64,000 bases of DNA, taken from NCBI GenBank assembly GCA_963722075.1, contig CAVRJM010000001.1:1120001-1184000 (forward strand), given 5' to 3'. The notes beneath the pieces were generated by a model. The model made no database searches, was not told where the DNA came from, and saw only the letters and a list, made by a program, of their open reading frames with translations. Of the stretch, positions 9,336 to 19,605 are shown piece by piece (within the stretch, counting starts at the first letter, position 1; each line of letters begins with the position of its first letter). The position numbers were made by a program, and so were the translations under genes. The DNA comes from Candidatus Babeliales bacterium. GTDB taxonomy: Bacteria; Babelota; Babeliae; Babelales; JANWKD01.

Positions 9336-9821
9336 TTAATAACCACCAAAATGACCATAATCCCATTGAGTACCAGGAGTTGATTCAACAACGGTAGGCT
9401 TAGAATAAATTTTACGTGCCAAGTTTTCTGCCATTTTTAAGGCAGAAGAAACAATTGATGAATTTCTTGCTGCGTACAATCCCAATCCAGTAGCTACTGC
9501 TCCAAAAAGCACTTTAGCCCGTAAAGTCCAATGCGGCAAACCAATTTTGATATTACTATACGTGGGATCAACTTTCTCGGCGCCAAGGTAACAACCGATC
9601 ATTTTTTCTTTTAATACCACCGGTTTCGTTTTCAATACAAACCCTAAAAATGTGCTTTCTGGCACATCACCTTCATAGGTTTTAATTTTATCAATGAGAT
9701 TTTCTTTCGTTGTACACGTACCGTATTTTTTAACATATGCTTTTTGGTAATCTGTAAGCATGCCATAGGAAAAACTGATAACCGAACTTAAGACAAGAAA
9801 TAAAAAAATATACTTGTTCAT
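9336..9821 (-). CDS. Secreted/membrane hypothetical protein, tandem family member 2
   Basis: Signal peptide near-identical to member 1 (KYIFLFLVLSS.IS.S); ends DYGHFGGY. Confidence 0.75.
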   Translation of the reverse strand: MNKYIFLFLVLSSVISFSYGMLTDYQKAYVKKYGTCTTKENLIDKIKTYEGDVPESTFLGFVLKTKPVVLKEKMIGCYLGAEKVDPTYSNIKIGLPHWTLRAKVLFGAVATGLGLYAARNSSIVSSALKMAENLARKIYSKPTVVESTPGTQWDYGHFGGY

Positions 9822-9832
9822 AAAAACTCCAT

Positions 9833-10501
9833 TTAATAACCACCAAAGTGAAAGTAATCCGAATTGCTAGACACTGACGATGTGACCGTTTTAGTTAAAG
9901 GCGCTGACGACTTTGAAAATAACCCCTTTAATCCGTTTACTAATTTTTCTCCAACTGAACTTTTATAAAGGCATCCTAGCCCTAATGCGCATGCAGCTCC
10001 CAGTAATAATTTTGTTTTTAAACACCAATGACTCAAGTAAATATGTTCAACCAAATAGTGCTTATCTTGTATCCATCGGTTATTTTCTTTAGTAAATCGT
10101 TCGCTAAATGATATTGGCTTTACAGACCATACTAAACCAAAAAAACGTGTGCAGGGAGTATCATATTTATAGGTACGAATCTGTGATCCATCTTTTTCAT
10201 TCTCTATTGAGCAAACACCATGCTGTCTTATAAATTCTTTTACTTCAGGAGAAAATGTTCTAAAACTATCTAGATTCATACGGAGGTTATTAATACTCAT
10301 TCCATTTAATAATCGAGATGAATCATTTTGCCAACCATTTGAATTATTGTTGCTTAAAAAACAATTATTGAAGGTAACGTCAACCGTTTGATCATCGAAT
10401 TGTATATTAGCTTTGCCATCCAATTGCATACTAAATGAATAAGAAATGGGAGAACTTAAGACAAGAAATAAAAAAATATACTTTTTCATAAAAAACTCCA
10501 T
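9833..10501 (-). CDS. Secreted/membrane hypothetical protein, tandem family member 1
   Basis: Paralogous to 9336-9821 (L.HW.L..K.L.GA....G); ends DYFHFGGY. Confidence 0.75.
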   Translation of the reverse strand: MEFFMKKYIFLFLVLSSPISYSFSMQLDGKANIQFDDQTVDVTFNNCFLSNNNSNGWQNDSSRLLNGMSINNLRMNLDSFRTFSPEVKEFIRQHGVCSIENEKDGSQIRTYKYDTPCTRFFGLVWSVKPISFSERFTKENNRWIQDKHYLVEHIYLSHWCLKTKLLLGAACALGLGCLYKSSVGEKLVNGLKGLFSKSSAPLTKTVTSSVSSNSDYFHFGGY

Positions 10502-10632
10502 TTTAAAAAAGAATTACTTCTATAAAAAAGTATATTAAATAATAACAAAATGTCAATTACAAATGCTTATGTAGCGCTTATTAATTGACAAGTAGAAAAC
10601 TTTACAAAGAAATTAAATAAGCTAATTAAAGC

Positions 10633-10839
10633 TTATTTTTTCTTCTTTCTAAGCATCGGTAAACCGGTACGTTTATTCTCAGTTACTTCATACCCAGCAG
10701 GCAATTCATTAATAGCATCCTTAGTCGCTTCGCCCCCAAAATAATAAATGCGTTGCTTACGGCCGCCCGCTAATTTTACTTCTTTAGAGTGCAAATAGTA
10801 GGTTTTTCCACTTTTTTTAGATTTTACGCTATATGGCAT
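10633..10839 (-). CDS. Small basic conserved hypothetical protein
   Basis: MPYSVKSKKSGKTYYLH...GGR.Q.IYYF...LP.GYEV.EN.RTGLP.L; AAGGA RBS before the ATG at 10839. Confidence 0.75.
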   Translation of the reverse strand: MPYSVKSKKSGKTYYLHSKEVKLAGGRKQRIYYFGGEATKDAINELPAGYEVTENKRTGLPMLRKKKK

Positions 10840-11003
10840 GATTAATCCTTTATTAGCATACATTTAACACTATCATTATTTAACCTTAATAGATAAATTT
10901 AAGAAAATCTAGAATTTGCTATTTTTTTCACATTGAGGCCCTCGTTTGTGGTTATTAAATAATTCAATTTGATAATTTTTGCGAAAGTTGTATACTGATA
11001 TAT

Positions 11004-12263
11004 ATGGAAAAAAAAACCCCTCTTTTACCTTTATTACCGGGCGTATATCTCTTTAAAAAAGATAACGAAATTTTGTACGTGGGTAAGGCAAAATGCCTTA
11101 AAAAACGGGTGCAGTCTTATTTTCAAAAACAGCATACCGATTGGAAAATAGATTCGCTTATAAAAGAATATACACACATCGATCACATAATTACCCATAG
11201 CGAAATGGAAGCACTACTGTTAGAAGCCCAATTAATTCGCGATAATAAACCTTCTTATAATGTGCTTCTTAAAAGCGGTCAGCCATTTTTATATATTTTA
11301 TTTACTAATACTGATCCGCGACAAATTGTTTTAGTGCGTAATAAAAAGAAGAAGGGAATTTATTTTGGACCTTTCTTGCGCAAATTACAAGCACGCAGCG
11401 CGTATGCCTATATAATGAAAACATTTAAATTGACCATGTGTACCGCTAAAATAGAAAACGGCTGCTTGAATTATCATTTAGGTATATGTGCAGGAAACTG
11501 TATGTCCACTTTTGATCTTGAAGGATACCGCTTACGCATTGAACTGGCATTAGATTTGTTACAAGGGCATTATAAAGAATCATTAAAAAAGTTAACCGCA
11601 CAAATAAAAACGTATACCCAACAACTAGAATTTGAAAAAGCACGCACCATTCATTATTATGTGCAAAATCTTGAATCGATTTTTGAAACGTTAAAAACAA
11701 AATTTTCTGAAAAAAAATATGAGCGAGAAATCTTCTTAACAACAGCGCCTATTGATAAAAAATTAATACAAGATCCGCACATGGCACGTAAAATTCAAGA
11801 AGTGCTTCAGCTTCAAAAAGCACCCATTACCATAGATTGTTTTGATATTTCCCATTTTCAAAGTAGTTATATGGTTGGTTCTTCAATTCGTTTTAAAAAT
11901 GGTATCCCCGATAAAAATAATTTTAGGCGCTTTAAAATCAAAACATTAACGCAACAAAACGATTATGCAGCGCTGCAAGAAATTGTAACGCGACGATATA
12001 AAAATCCTGCAGATATTCCAGACCTTATTCTCATTGATGGCGGTAAAGGGCAACTGAATGCTATTACTGCATTATTTCCTGATTGCCAAGTAGTGAGCTT
12101 AGCAAAGCGAGATGAGCTTATTTTTGGGCCTCATTTGAGTGAACCAATACCTATTACTACTGCTCAAGAAGCAGGAAGGCTCTTAATTGCCTTACGCGAT
12201 TATGCACATCATTTTGCAATAACCTATCACAAGTTACTGCGCAATAAGCATGCTATTGAGTAA
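11004..12263 (+). CDS. uvrC: Excinuclease ABC subunit C (short form)
   Basis: GVYLF..ILYVGKA..L.KRV.SYF GIY-YIG domain; CFDISH, NDYA, LILIDGGKGQL, RDYAHHFA RNase H-like domain; no C-terminal HhH. Confidence 0.92.
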   Translation: MEKKTPLLPLLPGVYLFKKDNEILYVGKAKCLKKRVQSYFQKQHTDWKIDSLIKEYTHIDHIITHSEMEALLLEAQLIRDNKPSYNVLLKSGQPFLYILFTNTDPRQIVLVRNKKKKGIYFGPFLRKLQARSAYAYIMKTFKLTMCTAKIENGCLNYHLGICAGNCMSTFDLEGYRLRIELALDLLQGHYKESLKKLTAQIKTYTQQLEFEKARTIHYYVQNLESIFETLKTKFSEKKYEREIFLTTAPIDKKLIQDPHMARKIQEVLQLQKAPITIDCFDISHFQSSYMVGSSIRFKNGIPDKNNFRRFKIKTLTQQNDYAALQEIVTRRYKNPADIPDLILIDGGKGQLNAITALFPDCQVVSLAKRDELIFGPHLSEPIPITTAQEAGRLLIALRDYAHHFAITYHKLLRNKHAIE

Positions 12264-12270
12264 AAATATT

Positions 12271-13233
12271 TTAATCTTTTTTCTCATATTGCTTTGTTCT
12301 TGATTCGGCTGCACGGCAAAATGGACATACTACTGTTGCTCGAGCTGATCCTGCTTTTAAGCTTTCCCAACAGGTTTTACAAATACATTTTTTACAACCA
12401 GTAGTAATAAATTGCTCGCCTTTTTCTATTTCTTCAAAGCAAATAGGGCATTCTAATTCTTCAGTTTCTTCCTCTTCTCCTTCAGTTTTCTGTTGGGGCT
12501 GCTGCGGTAACTGCTGAGGCTGCACTTGTGGTTGTGGGTACGGAATTTGTCGGGGTGGCACTTGTTGGTGTCGATGCTTAGCTTCTATATCAATCAACTG
12601 TTGTATTAAATCATAAATTTCTTCCATTCGATGCTCATAATATCTTATTTGAGCGTTGTTATCCCATTCATAGTGAATCGGAGTTAAATAAGTTACCATT
12701 TCATCTTCAGGAAGAGGCTCTCGCGCATCTATTTTGAATAAAAGTACTACTTTATCACGATTCAATTTATTAATAATATTTTTAATTCGAGGATCAAAGT
12801 CAATTGGAAAATGCCCATTCCTCTCTAATTGATCAACTAATTTATAAATCTCCTTTATCTCAGTAGGTAAGTTAATTTTTGCTTGTGATGCGGGAGACAA
12901 ATTAAATAAACCTTCTATGTCTCTTAAGGCATACTTAACATCCCAGGACTCCATTTCAATATTATGTTGCAAATAGGATCTTAATATATCCTTAACATTT
13001 TTTAACAAGGTGATTGCTTGTTGCTCAACCTGAGTCAGTTTTACAGGAATTTGTGGTGGCATATATGATAATGTGGGTGGCCCTAAAGGTGATACCGGTG
13101 GCTTGCCCGATAGTGCATCTTCCAGCTCAGTAAGCCGATTTTTTAAATCATTAAGATCATTTACTAACTGAGCGTTACTATTTAACATCATAACTAAAAA
13201 AAATAATATTACAGAAAAATGGCCTTTTTTCAT
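12271..13233 (-). CDS. Secreted RING-finger protein (putative E3 ubiquitin ligase effector)
   Basis: Signal peptide, Pro/Gln linkers, C-terminal CPIC-x14-CKKCICKTC-x14-CPFCR. Confidence 0.8.
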   Translation of the reverse strand: MKKGHFSVILFFLVMMLNSNAQLVNDLNDLKNRLTELEDALSGKPPVSPLGPPTLSYMPPQIPVKLTQVEQQAITLLKNVKDILRSYLQHNIEMESWDVKYALRDIEGLFNLSPASQAKINLPTEIKEIYKLVDQLERNGHFPIDFDPRIKNIINKLNRDKVVLLFKIDAREPLPEDEMVTYLTPIHYEWDNNAQIRYYEHRMEEIYDLIQQLIDIEAKHRHQQVPPRQIPYPQPQVQPQQLPQQPQQKTEGEEEETEELECPICFEEIEKGEQFITTGCKKCICKTCWESLKAGSARATVVCPFCRAAESRTKQYEKKD

Positions 13234-13249
13234 TTTTATCCTTTATTTT

Positions 13250-14396
13250 CAGGACTTACGCATTGGTCGAAAGTTCTGATTGGGACTTGAAATAAATAAA
13301 AAAGGGTGCTTCAATTTTGTGAATTAAACAACAAAAGCAAAAAAGAAGGACACCCGAAATGAGAATAACAAATACAAATGAAGAATCAAGCACACCAAAA
13401 TATGTAATGGGTTTATTAAAAACAACGGCACGAAAAGTTTGCACAAATATTTCTGAAACACTGGGAATAATGCATGATGTGCTCAATAGGGAAGTTGAAA
13501 AAGCAGCCCAGAATGCAGCAGAAATAACAAGCTCATTACAAAATGTTGCTCTAGAAAGTCTTAGCAATTGCGAAAGATATTTGATAATCGATGATACTCC
13601 CGTAAATAAGCAATATGCTAACGATATTGAAGGATTAGAAATTGTTTATGATAGTAGTGAGAAAAGATCAGCTTTGGGATTACGGTCTGTAATTGGCATG
13701 ATCACTGATACCAGAGTAAGAATACCGATTGATGCGGAGATTATGATAAGCAAAGTATTTGGAGAAACCAATTACAAGACAAAAAGTGAAATTGCTTACA
13801 TTATTATAGAGCGTGTTCTAGGATCAATTCGGTTTAATTGGTTAATTGCAGATGCCCATTATGCGACTGAATACCTTCTGCCAAAGCTTTTTAACAGGTC
13901 AATAAAATTTCTGATGAAAATTCCCAGAAATCGCGTTGTTACTATTAACAATAAAACAGGACAATTGCAAAAAATTTTACGTTTGAAAAAAAATAACAGA
14001 TTTGCTTGTGGATACGGCACTATTTTTGGTCTTTCCTGTTATTTCTATGTGTTAAAAATTGATAAGGAAAAAATTATGTATCTTATCAGTAGCCATCAGC
14101 TCGGCAAAGAGAAGCTAATTTCTACATATAAGATTCGTTGGCAAATTGAATGCTTCAATAGAACTGCCAAACAACTTCTTGGATTCAGCGAATGCCAAAT
14201 GCGTTCTTTTAACATGCAGCGTGCGCATTTACTTTTCGTGTTATGGGCTTATGCTTTAGCCGACATAAGGCGGGTAAAAGATAATTTCGACAATACTGAA
14301 CAAGCTGTCAGATCCTTTCGGGTCGCAAAACCCCCTACACCATCTAGTTTATTTTATGCTTTTGAAGAGAACTCTTATGCTCTTGCGTAAGTCCTG
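13250..14396 (+). mobile_element. Complete IS, IS701-like (IS4 superfamily)
   Basis: Perfect 13-bp TIRs CAGGACTTACGCA (13250-13262 and 14384-14396), flanked by the 7-bp direct repeat TTATTTT (13243-13249 and 14397-14403). Confidence 0.92.
13359..14390 (+). CDS. DDE transposase (IS701-like)
   Basis: LIIDDT..K.Y...IEG, IADAHY, Y..RWQIE...R..KQ.LG...CQ.R; stop codon lies inside the right TIR. Confidence 0.9.
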   Translation: MRITNTNEESSTPKYVMGLLKTTARKVCTNISETLGIMHDVLNREVEKAAQNAAEITSSLQNVALESLSNCERYLIIDDTPVNKQYANDIEGLEIVYDSSEKRSALGLRSVIGMITDTRVRIPIDAEIMISKVFGETNYKTKSEIAYIIIERVLGSIRFNWLIADAHYATEYLLPKLFNRSIKFLMKIPRNRVVTINNKTGQLQKILRLKKNNRFACGYGTIFGLSCYFYVLKIDKEKIMYLISSHQLGKEKLISTYKIRWQIECFNRTAKQLLGFSECQMRSFNMQRAHLLFVLWAYALADIRRVKDNFDNTEQAVRSFRVAKPPTPSSLFYAFEENSYALA

Positions 14397-14490
14397 TTAT
14401 TTTTTATATTTCTTTTTTTGATAATGAAAAAAAATATTGATACATTGCAACTATTTTTTTAATACTAATAAAAATCTATAAGGATAAATT

Positions 14491-15516
14491 ATGGTATTTC
14501 ATATTATATATTGTTGTTTTTTTGCTTTTCTTCCCCTTCTATGCCAACCGCCCAAACTTCTCAATTGTGGTGCCACCTGTTATTTAAATGCAGCCACTCA
14601 AGCACTCTTGGCTATTAATCCGCTTAAAAATTTTTTACAATTAAATCCAAATGTTTATGCCCGAGGGTCGTTTGAAAATTCATTTCAACAATTAATAACT
14701 GCTGCGCCGCCGCTTGGCTTACCAAATCGTCAATTAATGAATACCTATGCAAAACAAGGCGCGAATATTATTGCCGGGTTATCACAAGGCAATCCCCTTG
14801 GTCAACAAGATGCATCGGAATTTTTAGGAGAGGTACTTGACCGGTTACGTACCAAGGGAAGAGAAGATAAAGAAAAAACGATTCGTCAATTTCTGAGTAA
14901 CATAATGGGTATACTTATTTATTCACAAATTGAATGCCCTCTTTCAGAATCACAATCTTATATTGCATCAAAACATACTAGCACTACGTATTATCTTTCA
15001 TTGCCAGTAAAAACAGCTTATGAGTTGCGTTCACTTGAAGAATGTTTATATGAATACTTCCAACCAGAACAGATTGAATTTAATGACCAAGAATGCAGGA
15101 AAACCAGCCAATTAGAGCACATTTCTTCTATTTTTATGGTGAGCTTAAGTAGGTATATTTTTGACATTGAAACACTAGAGGCTAAAAAATTAAGTCATTC
15201 TATACACGTTCCACTTACTTTCGATGTGCAACCATATTTAATACAAAAGCAAAATCATAATTTATATAAACTCATCGCATGCGTTGTGCATCATGGAACA
15301 GCAGCAGGAGGTCATTATGTTGCCTGTGTAAAATATGATAACCAGTGGTATCTTTGCGATGATACAACCATAACTAAGATCACTAAAAAAAAAGTAAAAC
15401 AATATGCCTCAATGGGATATATTTATATTTATGAACAAGAATCGTATACTACTATTAAAAAACAACTTGCTCATTTGAAACGAAGATTGAAAAGATTGTT
15501 AAGTCAGCTTCGCTGA
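14491..15516 (+). CDS. Secreted USP-family (C19) deubiquitinase-like protein
   Basis: Cys box LLNCGATCYLNA, QQDASEFL, His box HHGTAAGGHYVACVK..WYLCDD, GYIYIY; signal peptide. Confidence 0.92.
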   Translation: MVFHIIYCCFFAFLPLLCQPPKLLNCGATCYLNAATQALLAINPLKNFLQLNPNVYARGSFENSFQQLITAAPPLGLPNRQLMNTYAKQGANIIAGLSQGNPLGQQDASEFLGEVLDRLRTKGREDKEKTIRQFLSNIMGILIYSQIECPLSESQSYIASKHTSTTYYLSLPVKTAYELRSLEECLYEYFQPEQIEFNDQECRKTSQLEHISSIFMVSLSRYIFDIETLEAKKLSHSIHVPLTFDVQPYLIQKQNHNLYKLIACVVHHGTAAGGHYVACVKYDNQWYLCDDTTITKITKKKVKQYASMGYIYIYEQESYTTIKKQLAHLKRRLKRLLSQLR

Positions 15517-15549
15517 GCTTTTGAATGTAAAAATGAAATAATTTATTTG

Positions 15550-15758
15550 CTGGATCCTCACGGTGCTACGCACCTCAGGATGACATTCGTTAACCTGTCA
15601 CTCTGAGGCCGTTATACCGTAGGAATCCAATTATAGAATTAATTCATTATTGTCATCACGAGCTTGCGTGGTGATCCATTAATAAAATTCATTACCTCTA
15701 TTTGTAGCCTGGATTGCTTCGTAAGCCATGTCCGCCGAAGCCCCTGGATCGCAACGAC
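15550..15758. repeat. Cluster of four type-A palindromes, the last with a short type-B insert
   Basis: Units at 15550-15584, 15597-15629, 15652-15678 and 15708-15758. Confidence 0.85.
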
Positions 15759-15853
15759 AAACAATTGTAAATTTAATTTCTTTAAACACAGTATTTCTTG
15801 TATAGAGAACAAAGATTTAAAATTAAATAAAGATATAAACAAAGTGACTTCTT

Positions 15854-18421
15854 ATGAATATTGAACAATTTACCACCTCAAGCCAAGAGCTCATTAATAA
15901 AGCAGCATTTATCGTAAAGCAGTATAATAATCCGGCATTAACGCCGCTTCATTTATTAGCTGCAGCGCTCGAATCTGAATTTTGTCGCTCTTTTTTTGAA
16001 GTATTACATGTTTCATTAACAACACTTACTTCATTAGTACAAACTGAACTTAACAAATTACCCCAAGTACAAGGTGCGCAATTAGCAATTGATTATACCA
16101 CCGAACGTTTTTTAGATGAGGTACAAAAAGAAGCAACTAAATTGGGCGATTCCTACATAAGCTTGGAACACTTTTTGCTGGTATGGGCTACCACTACATA
16201 CCTTCCTCAATCAATTCGAGATTTTTTTAAGCAGTCCCATTTCACCTATACAGCGATCATGAATCATATGAAAACAATGCGCAAGGGAAAAAACGTGAAA
16301 GAAAAAAACGCTGAAAAACAATATCAAATTTTAGAAAAATATTGCCAAAATGTTACCGATCAAGCGCGCCAAGGAGTACTTGATCCGGTTATTGGACGGC
16401 ATGAAGAAATACGCCGTGTTATACAAATTCTTTCACGCCGCACCAAAAATAATCCGGTTTTAGTAGGAGAGCCGGGCGTTGGTAAAACCGCAATCGTAGA
16501 AGGAATTGCACAACGTATTATTAATAACGATGTTCCTGAAAGTTTGCGTAACAAACAAATATTTTCTTTAGATTTAGGATTACTAATCGCTGGCACTAAA
16601 TATCAAGGGGAATTTGAAGAGCGCATTAAAGGAATTTTAAAAGAAATTGAAGAGCGTCCTGATGATGTTATTTTGTTTATTGATGAATTGCATATGATTA
16701 TCGGCGCGGGCGCTTCTGGTGGTGGCGGCATGGATGCTTCTAATTTAATGAAACCAGCACTTGCACGCGGACAACTTCATTGCATTGGGGCAACTACGCT
16801 CAAAGAATATAAAAAATATATAGAAAAAGATGCGGCATTAGAGCGGCGTTTTCAAAAAGTACTCGTAGAAGAACCAACGGTAGAAGATGCCATTTCAATT
16901 CTGCGTGGTCTTAAAGAACGGTATGAATTGCATCACGGTATTCGCATTAAAGATCAAGCGTTGGTTGACGCTGTTTTATTGGCTGATAAAAATATTGCTG
17001 ACCGTTTTTTGCCCGATAAAGCAATTGATTTAGTTGATGAAGCCGCAGCAATGGTAAAAATGTCAATTGATTCGCAACCATTTGAAATTGATCAATTAGA
17101 GCGCAAAATCAGACAATTAGAAATTGAAAAAGTAGCATTACAAAAAGAAAAAGAAGACAGCGCTGCACAAGAGCGACTTAAGCAATTAGATCACGAATTA
17201 CAAGAATTAAAAGAAAAAAATAAAACGTTACTCAATCAATGGAAAGCAGAAAAAGAGCCGCTTGAAAAAATTAATAAAATAAAAGAAAAAATAGAACTTG
17301 CCAATGTTGAATTTCAGCAAGCAGAGCGTGATGGTAACTATGCACGTGCTTCAGAAATAAAATATGGCACCTTAGTAAAATTGGAGCATGAACTTGCTCA
17401 ATTACAAGAAAAATTAAAATCACTTTCTACGCACATGATTAAACAACAAGTTGATGAACATGATATTGCCAAAGTAATATCTCGTTGGACCGGGATCCCG
17501 GCAGAAAAATTACAAACTAATGAAGCACATAAAATTTTAACCATGGCTGATATTCTTAAAAAACGAGTAATTGGGCAAGATGAAGCGATTGAAAAAATTA
17601 CGCATGCAATTCAATTGCATCGCACCGGTTTAGTTGATCCTAATAAACCAATTGGCTCGTTTCTTTTCTTAGGACCTACGGGTGTAGGTAAAACAGAAGT
17701 TGCTAAAACGCTCGCTGATTTTCTTTTTAATGATCCTAAACGCATTATCCGTATTGATATGTCAGAATACATGGAAAAACATGCCGTAGCACGCCTTATT
17801 GGTGCACCACCGGGTTATGTTGGTTATGAAGAAGGCGGCCAACTAACTGAGCAAGTACGCCAACATCCATATAGCGTGGTGTTATTTGATGAAATAGAAA
17901 AAGCGCATCCAGATGTTTTTAATATTTTTTTACAAATTCTTGATGAAGGCCATTTAACTGATAGCCAAGGGCGTACCGTTTCATTTAAAAATTGTATCAT
18001 TATTATGACTTCTAATATCGGCTCTGATATTATTTTACAAGCGGAATCCATTACTGAAAAAGTTAAACAACAAGTTGAGCAACTCTTGCATCAACGTTTT
18101 AAACCGGAATTTTTAAACCGAATTGATGCACTAGTATTTTTCCATCAACTTACGCCGGAAGATGTACAACATATTGCTCAATTACAAATTCATGAATTAA
18201 AAGAACGCCTTACCGAACGTCATATCAATGCAACCATTGATGAAGCGGTGATTAAAAAAGTAGCACAAGAAGGTTATGTAAAAGAATTTGGTGCCCGCCC
18301 GCTCAAAAGAACCATTCAGCGGCTTATTACCGTGCCAATTTCACAATACTTACTGAAACATCCTGATACAAAAACAATACGTGTAGCACTTGAAAAAGAT
18401 GAAATTGTTATTAAAGGATAA
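15854..18421 (+). CDS. clpB: Chaperone ClpB
   Basis: [15 protein letters not shown], coiled-coil M domain, [28 protein letters not shown]. Confidence 0.97.
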   Translation: MNIEQFTTSSQELINKAAFIVKQYNNPALTPLHLLAAALESEFCRSFFEVLHVSLTTLTSLVQTELNKLPQVQGAQLAIDYTTERFLDEVQKEATKLGDSYISLEHFLLVWATTTYLPQSIRDFFKQSHFTYTAIMNHMKTMRKGKNVKEKNAEKQYQILEKYCQNVTDQARQGVLDPVIGRHEEIRRVIQILSRRTKNNPVLVGEPGVGKTAIVEGIAQRIINNDVPESLRNKQIFSLDLGLLIAGTKYQGEFEERIKGILKEIEERPDDVILFIDELHMIIGAGASGGGGMDASNLMKPALARGQLHCIGATTLKEYKKYIEKDAALERRFQKVLVEEPTVEDAISILRGLKERYELHHGIRIKDQALVDAVLLADKNIADRFLPDKAIDLVDEAAAMVKMSIDSQPFEIDQLERKIRQLEIEKVALQKEKEDSAAQERLKQLDHELQELKEKNKTLLNQWKAEKEPLEKINKIKEKIELANVEFQQAERDGNYARASEIKYGTLVKLEHELAQLQEKLKSLSTHMIKQQVDEHDIAKVISRWTGIPAEKLQTNEAHKILTMADILKKRVIGQDEAIEKITHAIQLHRTGLVDPNKPIGSFLFLGPTGVGKTEVAKTLADFLFNDPKRIIRIDMSEYMEKHAVARLIGAPPGYVGYEEGGQLTEQVRQHPYSVVLFDEIEKAHPDVFNIFLQILDEGHLTDSQGRTVSFKNCIIIMTSNIGSDIILQAESITEKVKQQVEQLLHQRFKPEFLNRIDALVFFHQLTPEDVQHIAQLQIHELKERLTERHINATIDEAVIKKVAQEGYVKEFGARPLKRTIQRLITVPISQYLLKHPDTKTIRVALEKDEIVIKG

Positions 18422-18436
18422 GAAAATACGTTACAC

Positions 18437-18495
18437 CGCTTTTCGTGATGACGAAATCAGAAAACTGTCGTTGCGAGTTTACGAAGCAATCCAGG
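18437..18495. repeat. Type-A palindrome (one full, one partial unit)
   Basis: TCGTGATGAC ... GTCGTTGCGAGTTTACGAAGCAATCCAGG. Confidence 0.8.
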
Positions 18496-18594
18496 TTAAA
18501 AATGCAAATGTCGATTTCTACTAGACAAAATACTTAAGCATACGTTATTATTGGGCACAAGAATATTAACACACAAATAGTTGAAGGAAATAAC

Positions 18595-19530
18595 ATGACA
18601 ATATTCAAAAAAAATATTTTTTTTACCTTAACATTATCTCTGTTAGCTCAATCATGTATTGAAGCAAAATATTGGAATTGGGATCAAGATCCTGCTGATC
18701 CAGAAGCAGTAAAGCGTATATTTGAACAAACTATGGAGAGCGAATTACAACCACATAGTCAATCTGAAAAAGTGAAAAACACCATTCAAAACGCTAAATC
18801 AAATAAAGCAAACAATTTTAAGCAACTCGTTGCATGGAAATATTTATCAAAATATGAAGCAAAATCTGAAGCAGAGCAAGGTGGTCGCGACGAATCTATT
18901 AATTTAGCATTAAACATTATGTATGCTGAAATCGGAGATCAGTTAGATAATGCTATCAAAAAGCAAGACAAAGCTGCAACTGATGAAGATCTAAAGAGAA
19001 TTTATCATAAAATAAAAGATGTTATTAAACAAAAAATGCGCTCTGCTTACCGTCCTGCAACGGTGTTACAAGATTTCACTAAACCAGATTCTTACAATAC
19101 TACCAAAATAGAACAGTTGGTTAATCAAGAAGTTGCTAAACTCCCTAGTAATTTTAAAGAAAAACATTTTAGTGAAAATGATATCGTAGAGGTTTATCCA
19201 CAAAATAAAGTTGATCAAATGCGTTTACGCGTTCAACAAGGTAAAGTATGGCGAGAAGATGATTGTGCTGTTTGTGGCGAAGAATTTAGTACGCTTGGCA
19301 AACGAGTAAATTTAGAATGTGGGCACGCAATAATGTGCATGAAATGCGCTGTTGCCTCCATGCATATCTATAAAAAATATAACTGTCCAGTTTGCAGAGC
19401 CGCTATTGATCCAAATGATTTCTCACTCCGTTATCTCAAAAGTAATATGAAAGAATATGATTACAAAATATTTGAAAAGCTAGATCAGAATACCATGAAA
19501 CAAATCATGGATCTTTTTAAACGCGTTTAA
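18595..19530 (+). CDS. Secreted C3HC4 RING-finger protein (putative E3 ligase effector)
   Basis: Signal peptide; CAVC...LECGHAIMCMKC...CPVCR. Confidence 0.85.
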   Translation: MTIFKKNIFFTLTLSLLAQSCIEAKYWNWDQDPADPEAVKRIFEQTMESELQPHSQSEKVKNTIQNAKSNKANNFKQLVAWKYLSKYEAKSEAEQGGRDESINLALNIMYAEIGDQLDNAIKKQDKAATDEDLKRIYHKIKDVIKQKMRSAYRPATVLQDFTKPDSYNTTKIEQLVNQEVAKLPSNFKEKHFSENDIVEVYPQNKVDQMRLRVQQGKVWREDDCAVCGEEFSTLGKRVNLECGHAIMCMKCAVASMHIYKKYNCPVCRAAIDPNDFSLRYLKSNMKEYDYKIFEKLDQNTMKQIMDLFKRV

Positions 19531-19535
19531 TTATG

Positions 19536-19565
19536 AAGGGCCCTTTCACAGGGCCCTTTCTTTAT
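19536..19565 (+). terminator. Rho-independent terminator
   Basis: AAGGGCCCT-ttcac-AGGGCCCTT followed by a T-rich tail. Confidence 0.75.
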
Positions 19566-19605
19566 ATTTTCTTATTTTTCTCTTTGGTAAAAAACAGAGT
19601 ATACG

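Noticed and set aside
10960..11003. LexA box before uvrC (and CIRCE before clpB)
   Set aside because: No convincing match to known consensus sequences.
11004..12263. uvrC as a pseudogene because it is short
   Set aside because: The ORF is uninterrupted and both nuclease domains are intact; more likely a compact variant.
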